From the human T2T-CHM13v2.0 reference genome, Homo sapiens, in NCBI RefSeq assembly GCF_009914755.1, contig NC_060947.1: DNA of 64,000 nucleotides; one strand, written 5' to 3'. Numbering within the stretch: the first letter of the stretch is position 1; each line of letters starts with the position of its first letter. This document shows positions 1 to 12,396 of the stretch, in pieces. Both the position numbers and the translations under genes were made by a program. The notes beneath the pieces are model-generated. The model was not told the origin of the DNA. It worked only from the letters and a program-made list of their open reading frames with translations, and searched no databases.

Positions 1-3
1 AGG

Positions 4-25
4 CCACCGGAAAATTTTCCGGTGG
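4..25. repeat. Perfect 22-bp palindrome
   Basis: CCACCGGAAAA followed directly by its reverse complement TTTTCCGGTGG. Confidence 0.95.
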
Positions 26-54
26 TAGTGATGTCTCTTGAAATGCCCTCCAGA

Positions 55-225
55 TTCCTCTCTGTAAAATGAAGGCAATATTAGTTCTTACTTAATAGGG
101 TGGTTTTGAAAATTAAATACAGTAATACATATTGAACTCATAAAATAGTGCCACCAGGAATTATTAGTGCCGTAAGACGTATTAGTGCAATAGGAAGCAC
201 TCAGCAAGTTTTAACTTTACTATTA
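55..225 (+). mobile_element. MIR SINE fragment
   Basis: TTCCTCTCTGTAAAATG...AATAGGGTGGTTTTGAAAATTAAAT resembles the MIR core; boundaries approximate. Confidence 0.55.
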
Positions 226-847
226 AACACATTCCTTTCCAAAGTGGGGGTAGAGAGAAACTATGAGTTTTCTACATCACATGGGGGGTCTCATGTAGTG
301 ATTCTCAGACTTTAGCGCACAAAATTGATATGGGGGAGATTTGCGAATTGCAGACTCTGTGGCCTCACCTCTAGGCTATCTGATTTCTTAAGTATAAGAT
401 ATGGTCTATTCACAAAGCATTTGAGTTGATTCTCCACAAATCACACTTAGAAAAAGTGATAAAAATGAACATACCTGATTTTAGTCGACATTAATAATTT
501 ACAAGATTTTAAGTGTTTTGTCACCAGTAAAGGATGAGAGAGAGGTATTTTAGATCTTTTTTACGTCCACAAGGTTATAGAATCTCTTTATTTTCTCCTC
601 TGTGAATCTGAAACAGCCAGTGCTACTACCATCATGTATCACCAGTAAAGGAATAGCTACTGATGTAGAATTAAAAGGCAAAAAGGACATGTGAAAATAG
701 GTAGTTATAAACTTTCCAGGATCAAACTGAGGCCTTTATATGAAAGAATTTCAGCAATGAGTGATGTCATGGATTTTCTGTGTATTGTGTGTGTGTGTGT
801 GTGTATATATATATTTGATGTTTTCTTGGCAAATAAAAAGCAACAGT

Positions 848-1169
<322 letters not shown>

Positions 1170-1807
1170 TCATATACATTTTGAGTCTAATAATTGCTTT
1201 TGAGGTATCTCATTCAAACATTTAAAGGTAATAGCAGATGCTGGTTGAAAAGTTAAGCATTAGTCACATCGGTAAAAGGACAATGGTATTCTAAGTTGCC
1301 TTTTGATTTCTGTGGCTTTAAAATTTATTCATTCCACATTTTCCCTCTCAAACAGACCTGACAGATGAAAATACCACTTTCAGCTTTGTTGTATTTTTTT
1401 CTTACCACAGGCTCCCAAGCATATTATCTTATTGGCTCTCTGGTGGTCTGCCTTATTGACAAATATTGTCTATTTGAAAGCTGGCTTCCATGTTTGCTTA
1501 ACTTGATTTTGCTTCTGCTATTGTTGGGGAAGTTAATATTAAGTTAAGCAATAAGAAATAATTCTCTTGAATAGTCTTGTCCTCTAACAGCTCTCATCAC
1601 TAAGAACATGTTAAGTAGATATCTCTATCATGATTTATAGCTATCTATTGTCTAACATCTATCTATCTGTCATCTATCATCAATATACATTTTGTGTATC
1701 TATATACACAAAAATGTGTAGTATTTTGTCAACTTTCTGTTCATCCACTAGGAAAGAAAATGAATAAGTGAATGGAAAAAGGAAGGAACTTACCATATAT
1801 TTTCCTG

Positions 1808-1960
1808 TATATAGTGGTTAAGATTATGAATTTTCTCAAGTCTGGTAGACCCAGATTTAAATCTTGGATCTAAACACTGTATGACTTTGGGCAATTATAC
1901 AAATTATTTTAGGCCCAGTTTCCCTCTGTCTGTTAGAAGGGACAATAATAAAACCTTTTA
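1808..1960 (+). mobile_element. MIR fragment
   Basis: ATAGTGGTTAAG...GACTTTGGGCAA...CAGTTTCCCTCTGTCTGT...ATAATAAAACCT matches the MIR layout. Confidence 0.55.
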
Positions 1961-2018
1961 TAAGCAACCTGGAGGGAGTGTGGGGCAAAGCTGGCTGCAG
2001 GGACCCGGTGACAGCATG

Positions 2019-2640
2019 AGAGCTCCAGATCGACTGTAAGAACAAACCAGCAATCCCAAGAGGACCCACAGACCCTCTGAAGGAAGCGGACTGCTCCTGT
2101 AGGACCCAGGAGACACCCCAAATACTGTGAGTGCCCCAACTGCGGAAGTGGGAAAGGGAGACCCTACTCTCCCTAACACATGCTCTCGGGAATCAGGCAT
2201 GCAGACTTCACAGGTTGGGGAAGAACTAAGGCCCTTTTCTTTGGCAGTTGGGAGGTGGGTAGCCTCGGGCAAGTTTTCAAGCCCCTCTCAGCCTCCTCCT
2301 GGAAACAGACTTGGGGCTGTTGCAGGGGACATGATGGGAGTGAGACTAGCCCTTCGGTTTGCGTGGGTGTGGCCTGTGACTGCCGGATTTCCCCCACTTC
2401 TCTGACAACCTGCATGACTCAGCAGAAGTAGCCATAATCCTCCTAGGCACAAAACTCCAGTGACCTGGTAATCTCACCCCCATACCCCACAGTAGCTGCA
2501 GCAAGACCCGCCCAAGAAAAGTCTGAGCTCAGACATGATGAGTGCACCAAAATCTCACAAATCACCACTAAAGAACTTACTCATGTAACCAAACACCACC
2601 TGTTCCCCAATAACCTACTGAAATTTTTTTAAAAAAGAAA
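2019..2640 (+). mobile_element. L1PB (L1PB1/L1PBa-like) 5'UTR pieces joined to the extreme 3' end
   Basis: GC-rich L1PB 5'UTR text (GAGGACCCACAGACCCTCTGAAGGAAGCGGACTGCTCC...) to ~2536, then the L1PB1-type terminus GTGCACCAAAATCTCACAAATCACCACTAAAGAACTTACTCATGTAACCAAAC and an A-rich tail. Confidence 0.8.
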
Positions 2641-2769
2641 GTCAAGCACCTGATCAAATATAGGGCTTATTATATTTTTCTCTGTTAACTCACATATTTC
2701 AAAATGCGAAGGGAGTGTACAAAGGGTGATGGAGATAAATTTTGACTTCAGGAGCTCTTTCTGTAGTAG

Positions 2770-3480
2770 AATGACTTGAATAAAATCTTTAAAAGAAATG
2801 TGTGAGCAAAAAGAAACAGTGAGGCATTATGGGTAAAAGAGATTCTGAGTAAAACCACAAAGTTAGGAGAGTGAGTGGTATGTTTGGGTAACAGCTGCTT
2901 GTGTTGGGTGGCTGAGGTTGATGGCAGAGATCAGTATTAGATAAAACTGAGGCTGTTTACTGGGATTACTCTATAGAATAATAAGAAATATCAATTTTAT
3001 ATCATAAATGGTGAAGATCTTGTTAAGGGTTCCTGAGGAGAGACAGGATATGAGAAAGTTTATACTTTAGAAGGTAGTTGTGATGATATGTAGGGTGGGA
3101 TTGACGACAGAAAGCAAGATAGGAGTCTAATGCAATAATCTAAGTGTGAGATGGCATAGGCTTGAACTTAAACTATGAGAGAAGAAAAATCAAGGTTAAG
3201 AAAATTTAAATGGAAGAGGTGTGTGGAGAAACCGATCCGGTGGTAAGAGTGTGGGCATATTGAGCAGCTGTGATCCAACTGGTAGGAATAAAACAAGAAG
3301 AGTGGATAATCACGAGAAGACAAAGATAGACAGAGTCTTGAAAATAAACGTGGCGGGCAATGTTAACAGGAGGACCAAGGCAGTACTATGAAATGTGGGG
3401 ATTTGGAGTTCCAAAATGACTTTTGCAAGAGTTTCAAGAAGAGCTAGGGGCAATCAAAGTGAAATTCTAAAGACATCTAT
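2770..3480 (-). mobile_element. L2 fragment, old
   Basis: Purine-rich antisense-L2-like text (GCAATAATCTAAGTGTGAGATGGCATAGGCTTGAACT); highly diverged. Confidence 0.5.
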
Positions 3481-4115
3481 AAAAATGATTTGAAAACTGA
3501 TTTGTATATCCCACTTCTTCTGTTAGTAAAGACTTCACGCTTACACAGATTCTTGTCAAACTGTTACAGAGAAATAATTGCAATGTAAATTACCTGCTTT
3601 CAAAAAGCATTTTAATTAGATATGATGAGACATTTATTGTGTTTTAATTAAACAATAGGTGATTTGAGGGAAGTATTGTTGAGGTACATTCAGTTTAGAA
3701 GAGTTAAATATTATTGCTTTTTAATTATGTCAAAATTACTGAAGCAGTGAATCAAAGTAGACAAAAAGCTCTGAGGAAAGTGTGAAGTGCTGAAGGGCAT
3801 ACTATCAACACTTGCAGTAACATCAGCACTAGCTAGAGGACTCTGTTGATTCTATTTCTGGGCAGAGCAACTGACAACAGTGTGTATAGCAGATGCACTG
3901 TATCTCCAGTGTTAAGTCAAAAGCTTTAATGGGCCCCTGTTTTCTTCCAACTCAGTCCTATATTGCTTTTACATCACTCTCTTACTCAGATGGCAGGACG
4001 ATAAGGCAGTATGCAGTCTTGCCCATAAGCACACTAACACTACCTCTATTTCTGTATTGCTGCCATCTGCTGAGAATTTAGCCGCAGGTCCAAAAACACT
4101 CAAAAAAAGGGAACT

Positions 4116-4471
<356 letters not shown>

Positions 4472-5944
4472 TCAAACTGTTCCTAGGACTCCACATATTC
4501 AGGGAAATTGAGCTCTTGAGAATGATGATAAGACAAGAGGAATCTCAGGCTGTTGTTTAAGCACATGCTACCTGCTTAGTAATTGGTATGATAACTATTT
4601 CTTATAAAGAGTATTTGTGAGTAAATTTTCTTATTATTCCTAGTATTAGTTTCCTATTATTTCCTAAAACTTTTCATTCCACTGGATGAAAAAAAAAAAG
4701 ACTATATGTAGTTCTTTACCTGGTTCTGCTACAGACCTTAGAAAATGCTTTTGAGCTTTGGGGTGAAGGCTAAGGTATAGTTGTGATCCAATAACACGGC
4801 AGAGATAATTGATCCTTACAAAGATTTTTAACTCACAACTTTGCTATTATTAGCACCAGCTGAGCTCACACAATAATCGACAAATTCATTTCAGAATGGT
4901 AGCAAGGCATAAAATAATTTTGTCTACAGTCTATCCTTGATCTATCAAGAAAGCCAATGCCAACTTCTAGTTAAACATGGTAGAGTGAATATGCATTAAT
5001 CTCTGCTCCCTTCTAAAACCCACTAATAGGATAAAACGACATAAATCCACAGGGAAATAGAGAGCAGCAGAACAGACGACATGCTAACACAATTTTGGAA
5101 GTTGGAAAGCAGGTAAACAAATGGCAAGCCATGGGGCAGAAAGGAGAAAGGTGAAACCTAAGCTTGAGGGGGCAGGACAAAGATTGTGGTGGGACATAAA
5201 GTTAAGAAGTCAAAAAAAAAAAGCTAATAGGTACTTTAGAGTTTAGGAAAGAGGTAGAAACTGAGGTACCTTATAGCTCTGTAAGGCAAATGTTAACAGG
5301 GTCATGTTGAAGGTCTATTTAAGAAGGACAGCTGCCAAATCGTCTCCCAGACCATGTTCATCCACACCCACACATACTTCTGGGCAGAACACTAGAGATT
5401 TATTCTCCAAAGAAGTTTAAGTAGCAGGACCTGGACTTGGAGAAACCAGACAAAGCTGAGGGTAGTGGTCCTATACTGAAAACGGATTAAGAGGGAATCA
5501 ACATACTACACAATGAGATCCCCAGACCTTTCTGTAATTTAACTCTGGGAAAACCAGCAGTCCAGTTTAAAGTTCTCATGCAGAAATTAGAAAGATTCCT
5601 CTTTAGAGAAATTTTCCAGGCTGATAATAAAGGTCTACAGAGAGTAACAATTTAGAGATCCCAATAAAACAGCTATGTACTTATTAAATCAGTGTACAGT
5701 GAAGTACATCATTTGATAGGCCCTGCTCAAACACATAAAGCTATTGATAAACATTTTTTGTCTCAATCTTAAATTAAAAATGAATAATCAAGGAATAACA
5801 TTTGAGGAAAAGCTCCAACATGAAAAGCAGAAATCAAAACAGACAAGTAACTAAGAAATAGAGTGACACATGGAACAGAAAAAAAAAAAAACAAGCCTTA
5901 GTATTTTCATAAAATGTTTTAAAAGGGCTATTGAATAGCAGTAT

Positions 5945-6210
5945 ATCATAATGATTAATAAGATAAGGATATAGGCTTTTGAGTTAAACTCCTTAAGTTT
6001 GAATCCCAACTCTTAACATTTAGCTAGTTCCATGACCAGGGACATGTTACATAAACTCCCTCTTTCTCAGTTTCTTCACGTGTAGAGTGAATATAATAAA
6101 AGCACCTCATAGGATTATTGTAAGGATGTAATAAATTAATGAATATGAAGAAGTGTTTACATGAGTTCTTGGTACATAAAAACTTCTCAGTAATTATTCT
6201 TAGTTGTTAG
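5945..6210 (+). mobile_element. MIR
   Basis: GTTTGAATCCCAACTCT...CTCAGTTTCTTCA...CACCTCATAGGATTATTGTAAGGAT. Confidence 0.75.
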
Positions 6211-6350
6211 GAGTAACAAAACGTGGAGGCCATCTGATTCCTCTCTTTGGAAGATTGTGATTTCATTAGAGAGGTAGTAATTATTAAACTGCATTCAAGA
6301 AACAAGAAATGGATTCTAGCAACATAGAAAAAGAGAGTTCAAGAAAGATA

Positions 6351-6640
6351 GGCTGAGTGTGGCGGCTCATGCCTGTAATCCCAGGACTCTGAGAGGCCGA
6401 GGCGGGTGGATCACTTGAGGCCAGGAGTTCAAGACTGGTCTGGCCAACATGGCGAAACCCCATCTTTACTAAAAAGACAAAAATTAGCCAGGCATGGTGG
6501 TGCGCACCTGTAATCCCGGTACTCAGGAGGCTTTGAGGCACTAGAATCACTTGAAACTGGGAAGCGGAGGTTGCAGTGAGCTGAGATGTTGCCACTGCAC
6601 TCCAGCCTGGGCTACAGAGTGAGAAAAAGAAAAGAAAAGA
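6351..6640 (+). mobile_element. AluS (Sx/Sz-like)
   Basis: Dimeric Alu with CACTTGAGGCCAGGAGTTCAAGAC; tail converted to purine repeats. Confidence 0.92.
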
Positions 6641-6752
6641 AAGGAAAGGGAAAGGGAAAGGGAATGAAAGAAGAGGGAAGGGGAGGGGAGGGAAGGGAAG
6701 GGAAGGGAGAAAAGAGGAAAGAGAAAGCAAGCAAGCAAGCTAGCTAGCTAGC
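6621..6752. repeat. Alu-tail-derived compound microsatellite (GAAAA/GGGAA/GCAA/GCTA)
   Basis: Read directly from the sequence. Confidence 0.85.
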
Positions 6753-7476
6753 TCTTGGATGTTAACCAAAGCATGGCATAAACGTTTACAAAGTAGTTGG
6801 AAAATAAAGTTTAATAACATTTTGATCTGCATTAATTTCCAACCTAAAAGTCTACACTCAGATTGTTAAATATGTGCATTAGAATGAGGATATTTTCAGA
6901 TATTTGATGTCTTAAGAATTTACCTCTCATGTATCCCTTTCTAGGAAACTCTGGATGATGTACTCCATCAAAATTAGTTGGGAAACCAAGTTAGAAAAGA
7001 ATATGGGATCCAGGAAACACTGGATTCAACAGAATAGAAAAGAGAAGGGAATTCCCTTGATGTTGTGGGGGGAGCTTTGGGATGAGCACCTCATAGCAAG
7101 TCCAGACAGCTACAGTTCAGAACAGAGCAGGAGGGCAGAGAGCTCCCAAAAGAATGACAACCAGAATAAAGAAAGGAAGGAAGGAAGGAAGGAACAGTAT
7201 GACTATTTGACATGGCTGAGAGGATTTTCATGTCTTTTATAGAGAACTTAGCACTAAATCAGTGAGTTATATTGATGATAAAGTGAATGGAATGGAAAAC
7301 TAAAATCATGTTGAATTCCAGGTAAAACAAAAAATTGTGAAAAAAGGAGGTAATCACGGCACCCTGCATCCCTTGGCAGTGAATAGTAGTTATATAGCCC
7401 TAACAGTTTAAGTACTGAATACTAATTTAACCTAAATTGATTATATAAATCTATGGTGCAGATGGGTCAAGGGGAA

Positions 7477-7478
7477 TG

Positions 7479-7524
<46 letters not shown>
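7477..7524. repeat. (TG)n microsatellite
   Basis: About 24 TG units with one interruption. Confidence 0.95.
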
Positions 7525-7526
<2 letters not shown>

Positions 7527-7953
7527 GTGTATAAGACAATGTGTAAAAGTGATGAGTTTTTATCTTCCACAGCAGGAAGATAGATGATGGAAAATATACA
7601 AAACTGGAAATTTAGGAAAAAACACTATAAGCATGTTATTAATATTTATAATCACAGAGGTAAAAACAAAAAGAAACAGCTCAAATAGATGAACATTTTC
7701 TATGGAGAGAAATCTAGGATGTGGTGGAGAGGGGCAGGGGACCTGTTTCCTGTTATAAGCCTTACGGAATGATTGGATTTTTAAACAATGCAAATATACT
7801 AATTTAATTAAAAACACCGTTTTTTAAAAAGCAAAAAACAAGATACAGAAAAAAATGAATGCCACATTTCTATTGTTTCTCTGATAGAGGGATAGAAAAT
7901 AAATATTGGTCTATATTTTGCATCTTTGCATGTTTTTTCCCCTATACTGCAAG

Positions 7954-8125
7954 GAACTTTTCTTTGTGTGAAGGTGACTTTGAAATCAGTGGGAAATTCT
8001 TACTTAAATGTACTGCATGCGGGTGTTGCCCAACCTTCACAATCTGACTCATGAATGGAAAGCAATAAGATGTCAAATGTCCATGCTGTTTCTTCAGAAA
8101 ACAAGCACTTTTTGAAGTTGCTGTG
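7954..8125 (+). other. Candidate exon (non-coding or 5'UTR), 172 nt
   Basis: Acceptor TGTTTTTTCCCCTATACTGCAAG| and donor GTG|GTAAGT in apparently repeat-free sequence; all three frames contain stops. Confidence 0.25.
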
Positions 8126-8849
8126 GTAAGTAATGGACCATTAGCCAGAAATTTCATTTATAGAACATCTTAATGTTCAACTGGTCATGTTAACAAATGC
8201 CTCTTGATCATGTTGATGGTGCTATTATATTTTTGTTATTGACATTAAGGACCCATCATAAACTTATTTTCTGGCATAAAGGAAGCCTGCTCCTTCCAAG
8301 GAAAACTATTTTCTGTGTCATTGTTTGGAAAAATTACAGTTGTTTATAACTAAATTCAAACCTATTTCTTAGGGAATTTATTAATTTATTATTTAGTGTG
8401 TGCTTCTACTTCCAAAACTTTACTGTTAATAAGGTTTTGAAGAATTGCTCTTATATATAAAATAAAAATTTTCTTTAAGATATTTGAATTACTCATTTAT
8501 GCCTGACATTTGTTTAGCCACTGTGTCCAATTGTATTTAAACTCAGAAAAATATTTTTTGTTATTTATATGAACATTATTAAATACACTCAGAGAAATAT
8601 AGACTAAATCACAAATAGGATGAGTGTTATGAAATATTTATAACCTGTGTCCGTCTCATACCCGCAGAAAGTATACCGATTTTTAAACTGCATTTTTTGT
8701 TTTTAATTTGCAATAGATGTGAAAATCAAACTTTTCAAATTTTTGTGCATTGCTTTTAATTAGTTATTGAAAAATATTTATTTGGCTGCAATGCGTGGTA
8801 CTCATAGTACTAAAATGGTGGAGATGTGATAAAAAAAATGAGAACTGTA

Positions 8850-9850
8850 GGATCCCTTCTTCATTCAAGTCAGGGAGAAAGAAAAAAAAGTAAGATGACA
8901 ATATAAATAAAAGAATTGCAAATTGTATTCAGTGCAGTGAAGGAGACAAACAAGGAGCTAAGCTAAAAGAATAAGGAAAGAATACTTTTAGACCAAGTTT
9001 TTAGGAAAGTTCTTTTTGAAGAAGTGACATTTAAACTTAGACCTAAAAATTGAGGAGTTGGCCATGTGAAGATGTGTGTAGTGGTAGTGGAAAGATCATT
9101 TCTGACAGAGGAAGTAAAACCTATGAAGAACCTCAGGTGGGAAAATGCTTGGTGCTTTACAAGAAGAGAGTCGAGCCCTCATCTTTTATAAGAGAAAGTT
9201 GATAGATAATATCTAAAAGTCAATAATCAATGAACAGCAGTACAAGCATGTTTATTTCTAAATATGTGGCTGAATACTAGAGCAAGTGTCACAAAAGTGG
9301 TTGGAATAGAGTGATCAAGGGGAGGACAGGAAATCAGATTGGAAAGCTGGCAGGGGCCACATACTGCAGGGAATTCTAAGCCCTAGTAAAGAGCTTGATT
9401 CTACTCTAAATGCGATGGGGAGCCACTGCTAGATTAAATCAAGGGAGTGACATGAATTGATTTACATTTTAGGAAGATCATTTTTGTTTCTGTGAGTAGA
9501 ATGGATTGGGGAAAAAACAAGACTGGAAACAGGGAGACAGGTAGGGACATTGTGACACAGAAATGATAGTGACTTGCATGAGAGCAGTGTTAATGCAGAT
9601 GGAGAGAAACTGATGGCTCAAGATATATTTTGATGGTAGAATAGCAGGTCTTCTTAATTGATTGGATGTAGAGGTGGGAGACAGGGTGGATTTGATGATA
9701 ACTCTTAGGTTTCTAGTTTGGAGGAGGAATATGATGCCATTTACTTAGATGAAGAAGACAGGATAATAGGGAACAATCAAGAGATTTATATAAAGGATGT
9801 TAAGTTTTTGATGTCTGTGAACTATCCAAGTCGAAATGTCAAGGAGGCAT
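8850..9850 (-). mobile_element. L2 (L2a-like)
   Basis: GAAGAAGTGACATTTAAACTTAGACCT, CTCTAAATGCGATGGGGAGCCACTG and GAGTGACATGAATTGATTTACATTTTAGGAAGATCA are antisense L2 motifs. Confidence 0.8.
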
Positions 9851-10028
9851 TTTATTTTAAAAGACTAAGGCTGTTTCTGATGCTCTATTTCTGGGGAACA
9901 ATGAACACACTTAACTTTTTAAATTTAGCTCCATACAAGGTAAATGAACTACAAATACCAGTTGCTAACCTTTCATACTTATTATTCAACCATCTATGTT
10001 AGGCACTGTAAGAATTGCCTATTTACTT

Positions 10029-10152
10029 GTCTATCATACTATCTATCTATCTATGTATTTATATCTATGTATGTATGTATGTATCTATGTATCTATCTAT
10101 CTCTATCTACTATCTATTCCATCATCTATCTCTAACTATCTTATGTCTATCT
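10029..10152. repeat. (TCTA)n/(TATG)n compound microsatellite
   Basis: Read directly from the sequence. Confidence 0.85.
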
Positions 10153-10676
10153 AGTTATCATTGAATATAGCTGTATATCCACCTGCTACTAAAATTAATT
10201 TGAAATGGCTTATGTTAAAAGACACAAATACAATAGAATTGTTAAACTAAATCATCAGGGTTCCATGGAAAAGTGGGGAAGAAGTTGACAGGGTAACAAT
10301 TAAGTATGATCCCTGTAATGACTGTATTTTCGGAACTGAAAATCGTTACTTGACACATAATTTGACAAAGGCATTTTTTCTCCATAAATTTGCAAATGTA
10401 TTTATAGAAAAAGTTTTGCAAAGGTGGAAAAAAGTATATGTGTATGTATATGCATACATGAATATATCTATATATGTATGAGTCAACAACTTGTTTTGAA
10501 AAACAAACTTACATGAAGTCAAGATTTCATATATTGTCTGTGAATCAGGTTTCATACTTTTTGGCCAAATAGGAAAAAAAGAATAGTGCTTTCTGAGATG
10601 GCTCTACCTAATATTTAGCTCCCTTTTCCTAGCTCATCAAGGTGACAAGTGGTATACCAACGAAACTTTCACTTAC

Positions 10677-10775
10677 CTGAGGGAGAACTTGATGTTCTTT
10701 AGTTCACTCATTTCTTTATTCATTCATATATTTAGTCAACATTAATTGATCACTTATTATGTGCCCACTACTTGG
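10677..10775 (-). other. Candidate 99-nt non-coding exon derived from an L2 3' end
   Basis: Minus strand: TTATTTCTGTATTTCCATTTTCTAG| acceptor and perfect CAG|GTAAGT donor; stops in all frames. Confidence 0.25.
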
Positions 10776-10865
10776 CTAGAAAATGGAAATACAGAAATAA
10801 ATTTATAGTTAAATTCTGTAAAGTTAACTTCAAGGACTTCACAGTGTACTAAAAATGTTATAAGT
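10700..10865 (-). mobile_element. L2 3' end
   Basis: TTCATTCA...ATTAATTGATCACTTATTATGTGCC is the antisense L2 terminus. Confidence 0.65.
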
Positions 10866-10869
10866 ATAA

Positions 10870-11095
10870 TGGTTGACATTTATTGAGCTCATAATTTGCA
10901 CTAAGTACTTTCCATATATTGTATCATTTTACCTACATAACAACCCCATTAGACAGTAAATTTATTTTTTAAATGCCAGGAAATAAAGGCACAAGAAGGC
11001 CTGGTTTAAGGTCAGATAGTCAGTGATGGAGCTGGAATTCAAATCCAGGCAATGGGTTCCCAAAGCTATGGTCTTCATTACTGTGTTCTTCCTCT
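10870..11095 (-). mobile_element. MIR
   Basis: ACATTTATTGAGC...ACAACCCCATTAG...GAGCTGGAATTCAAATCCAGGCA. Confidence 0.75.
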
Positions 11096-11849
11096 TGGAT
11101 CACTAACCTCAGCTTGTGATATCTAGCTGCTCAGGAAAATGCCTGATAGGACCCAAAGAGCCTGAAGAAGGAGAAGGATGTTGACTAGATTTTGTTAAGA
11201 AACTCTTTAAACTATATTGTTTCCCCTTCTTTTGTTCTCTCCCATGTCCCCAGATCTTATCCCAAACTGAAAACTTGTACACACACACACATATACACAC
11301 AAATCTACCAGTTTCAGGAAATAGAGTCTTATTGACAAAATTGCAACAGAGTAAACACTTGGGGCTTGGGTTGTAAATGCTTGTGGTCTCTTAAGGACAA
11401 AACCCAGGACACATTTATGTTGAAGTGATTTCAAACACTAAAATAATTATTATGTTCCTATAACATAAACAAATCTTGGATTATCACGGATTGGAAAAAT
11501 AGCCTCTAATTAGTTGGAGTGTTCTTTTGTCTGGACAATTAGGAAGGTAACAGGAAAGCCTCACATCTTACTCCAAATCACTTTTCCCACCTTTTATCAA
11601 GTTGCCTGAGATTACATTTTCAGTCATCATTCCTTTGGAAAAAAGTATTGCCATTTCCAAACATTAAGCAAGTACTTTGTCAGCTTTTTGGAGTGTGTGA
11701 AACTATTGGATGACTATCTTTTCAGAGAACAAGGATCAGAGGGAACGGCTGCTGTTGTAGTGGCAGGTGTGGGGTAGTAAGGTATCTTCAGAGCTTGCAT
11801 ATTTTGCCTATTTTCAAATGCCTCCTAGGGTTGATTTATACTGCAAAAC

Positions 11850-12365
11850 ATAGAAGGGTCATCAAAAAATAGCCTAAATTTCTCTCATAAATGTATGTAC
11901 AAGATTAACCATTGCAGCTTTATTTGTAATAATAGAAAAAGATGAAACCAATCCATATCCTCATCATAAAGGGATTGTTACATAAATTATGGCACATGTA
12001 CACAGCAGCTGAAGAAAAGAATGAGGAATATATATACTCTATATAATATATAGAATGAGGAATATATATATATTCTATATACTGATGCCGAAAGATCTCT
12101 AACATACCTTGTTACGTGAAAAAGGCAAGAGTCAGTACAGTGTTTATAATATTCCATCTATTTTTTTGTAAGAAAGTGGTGAAATGAAACTATATATTCC
12201 TCTTTTCTTATATTTGTGTAAAGAAATACCGCAGTGATAAATCATCAATGGATAGGGGCAGCAACAGGAAACGAGTGAACTAGGGTAGGGGTGGGAGACA
12301 AACTTCTCCAATTTATTTTGAACCACATGAAAGAATTACCCATTCAAACTATAAAAATACCAAAA
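11850..12365 (+). mobile_element. Ancient L1ME 3' region (L1ME4-like)
   Basis: CATTGCAGCTTTATTTGTAATA...AAAGATCTCTAACATACCTTGTTACGTGAAAAAGGCAAG...TTTGAACCACATGAAAG. Confidence 0.65.
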
Positions 12366-12396
12366 CATTAATTGCACCATGAAATTTCTACCTAAG

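Larger units (their letters stand above)
4960..7815 (+). mobile_element. Ancient L1 (L1MC5/L1ME4-like), fragmented and interrupted by MIR, Alu and microsatellites
   Basis: 5'-end-like ACTTCTAGTTAAACATGG...TCTCTGCTCCC; 3' end TGTTATAAGCCTT...TTTTTAAACAATGCAAATATAC...; heavily diverged. Confidence 0.55.
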
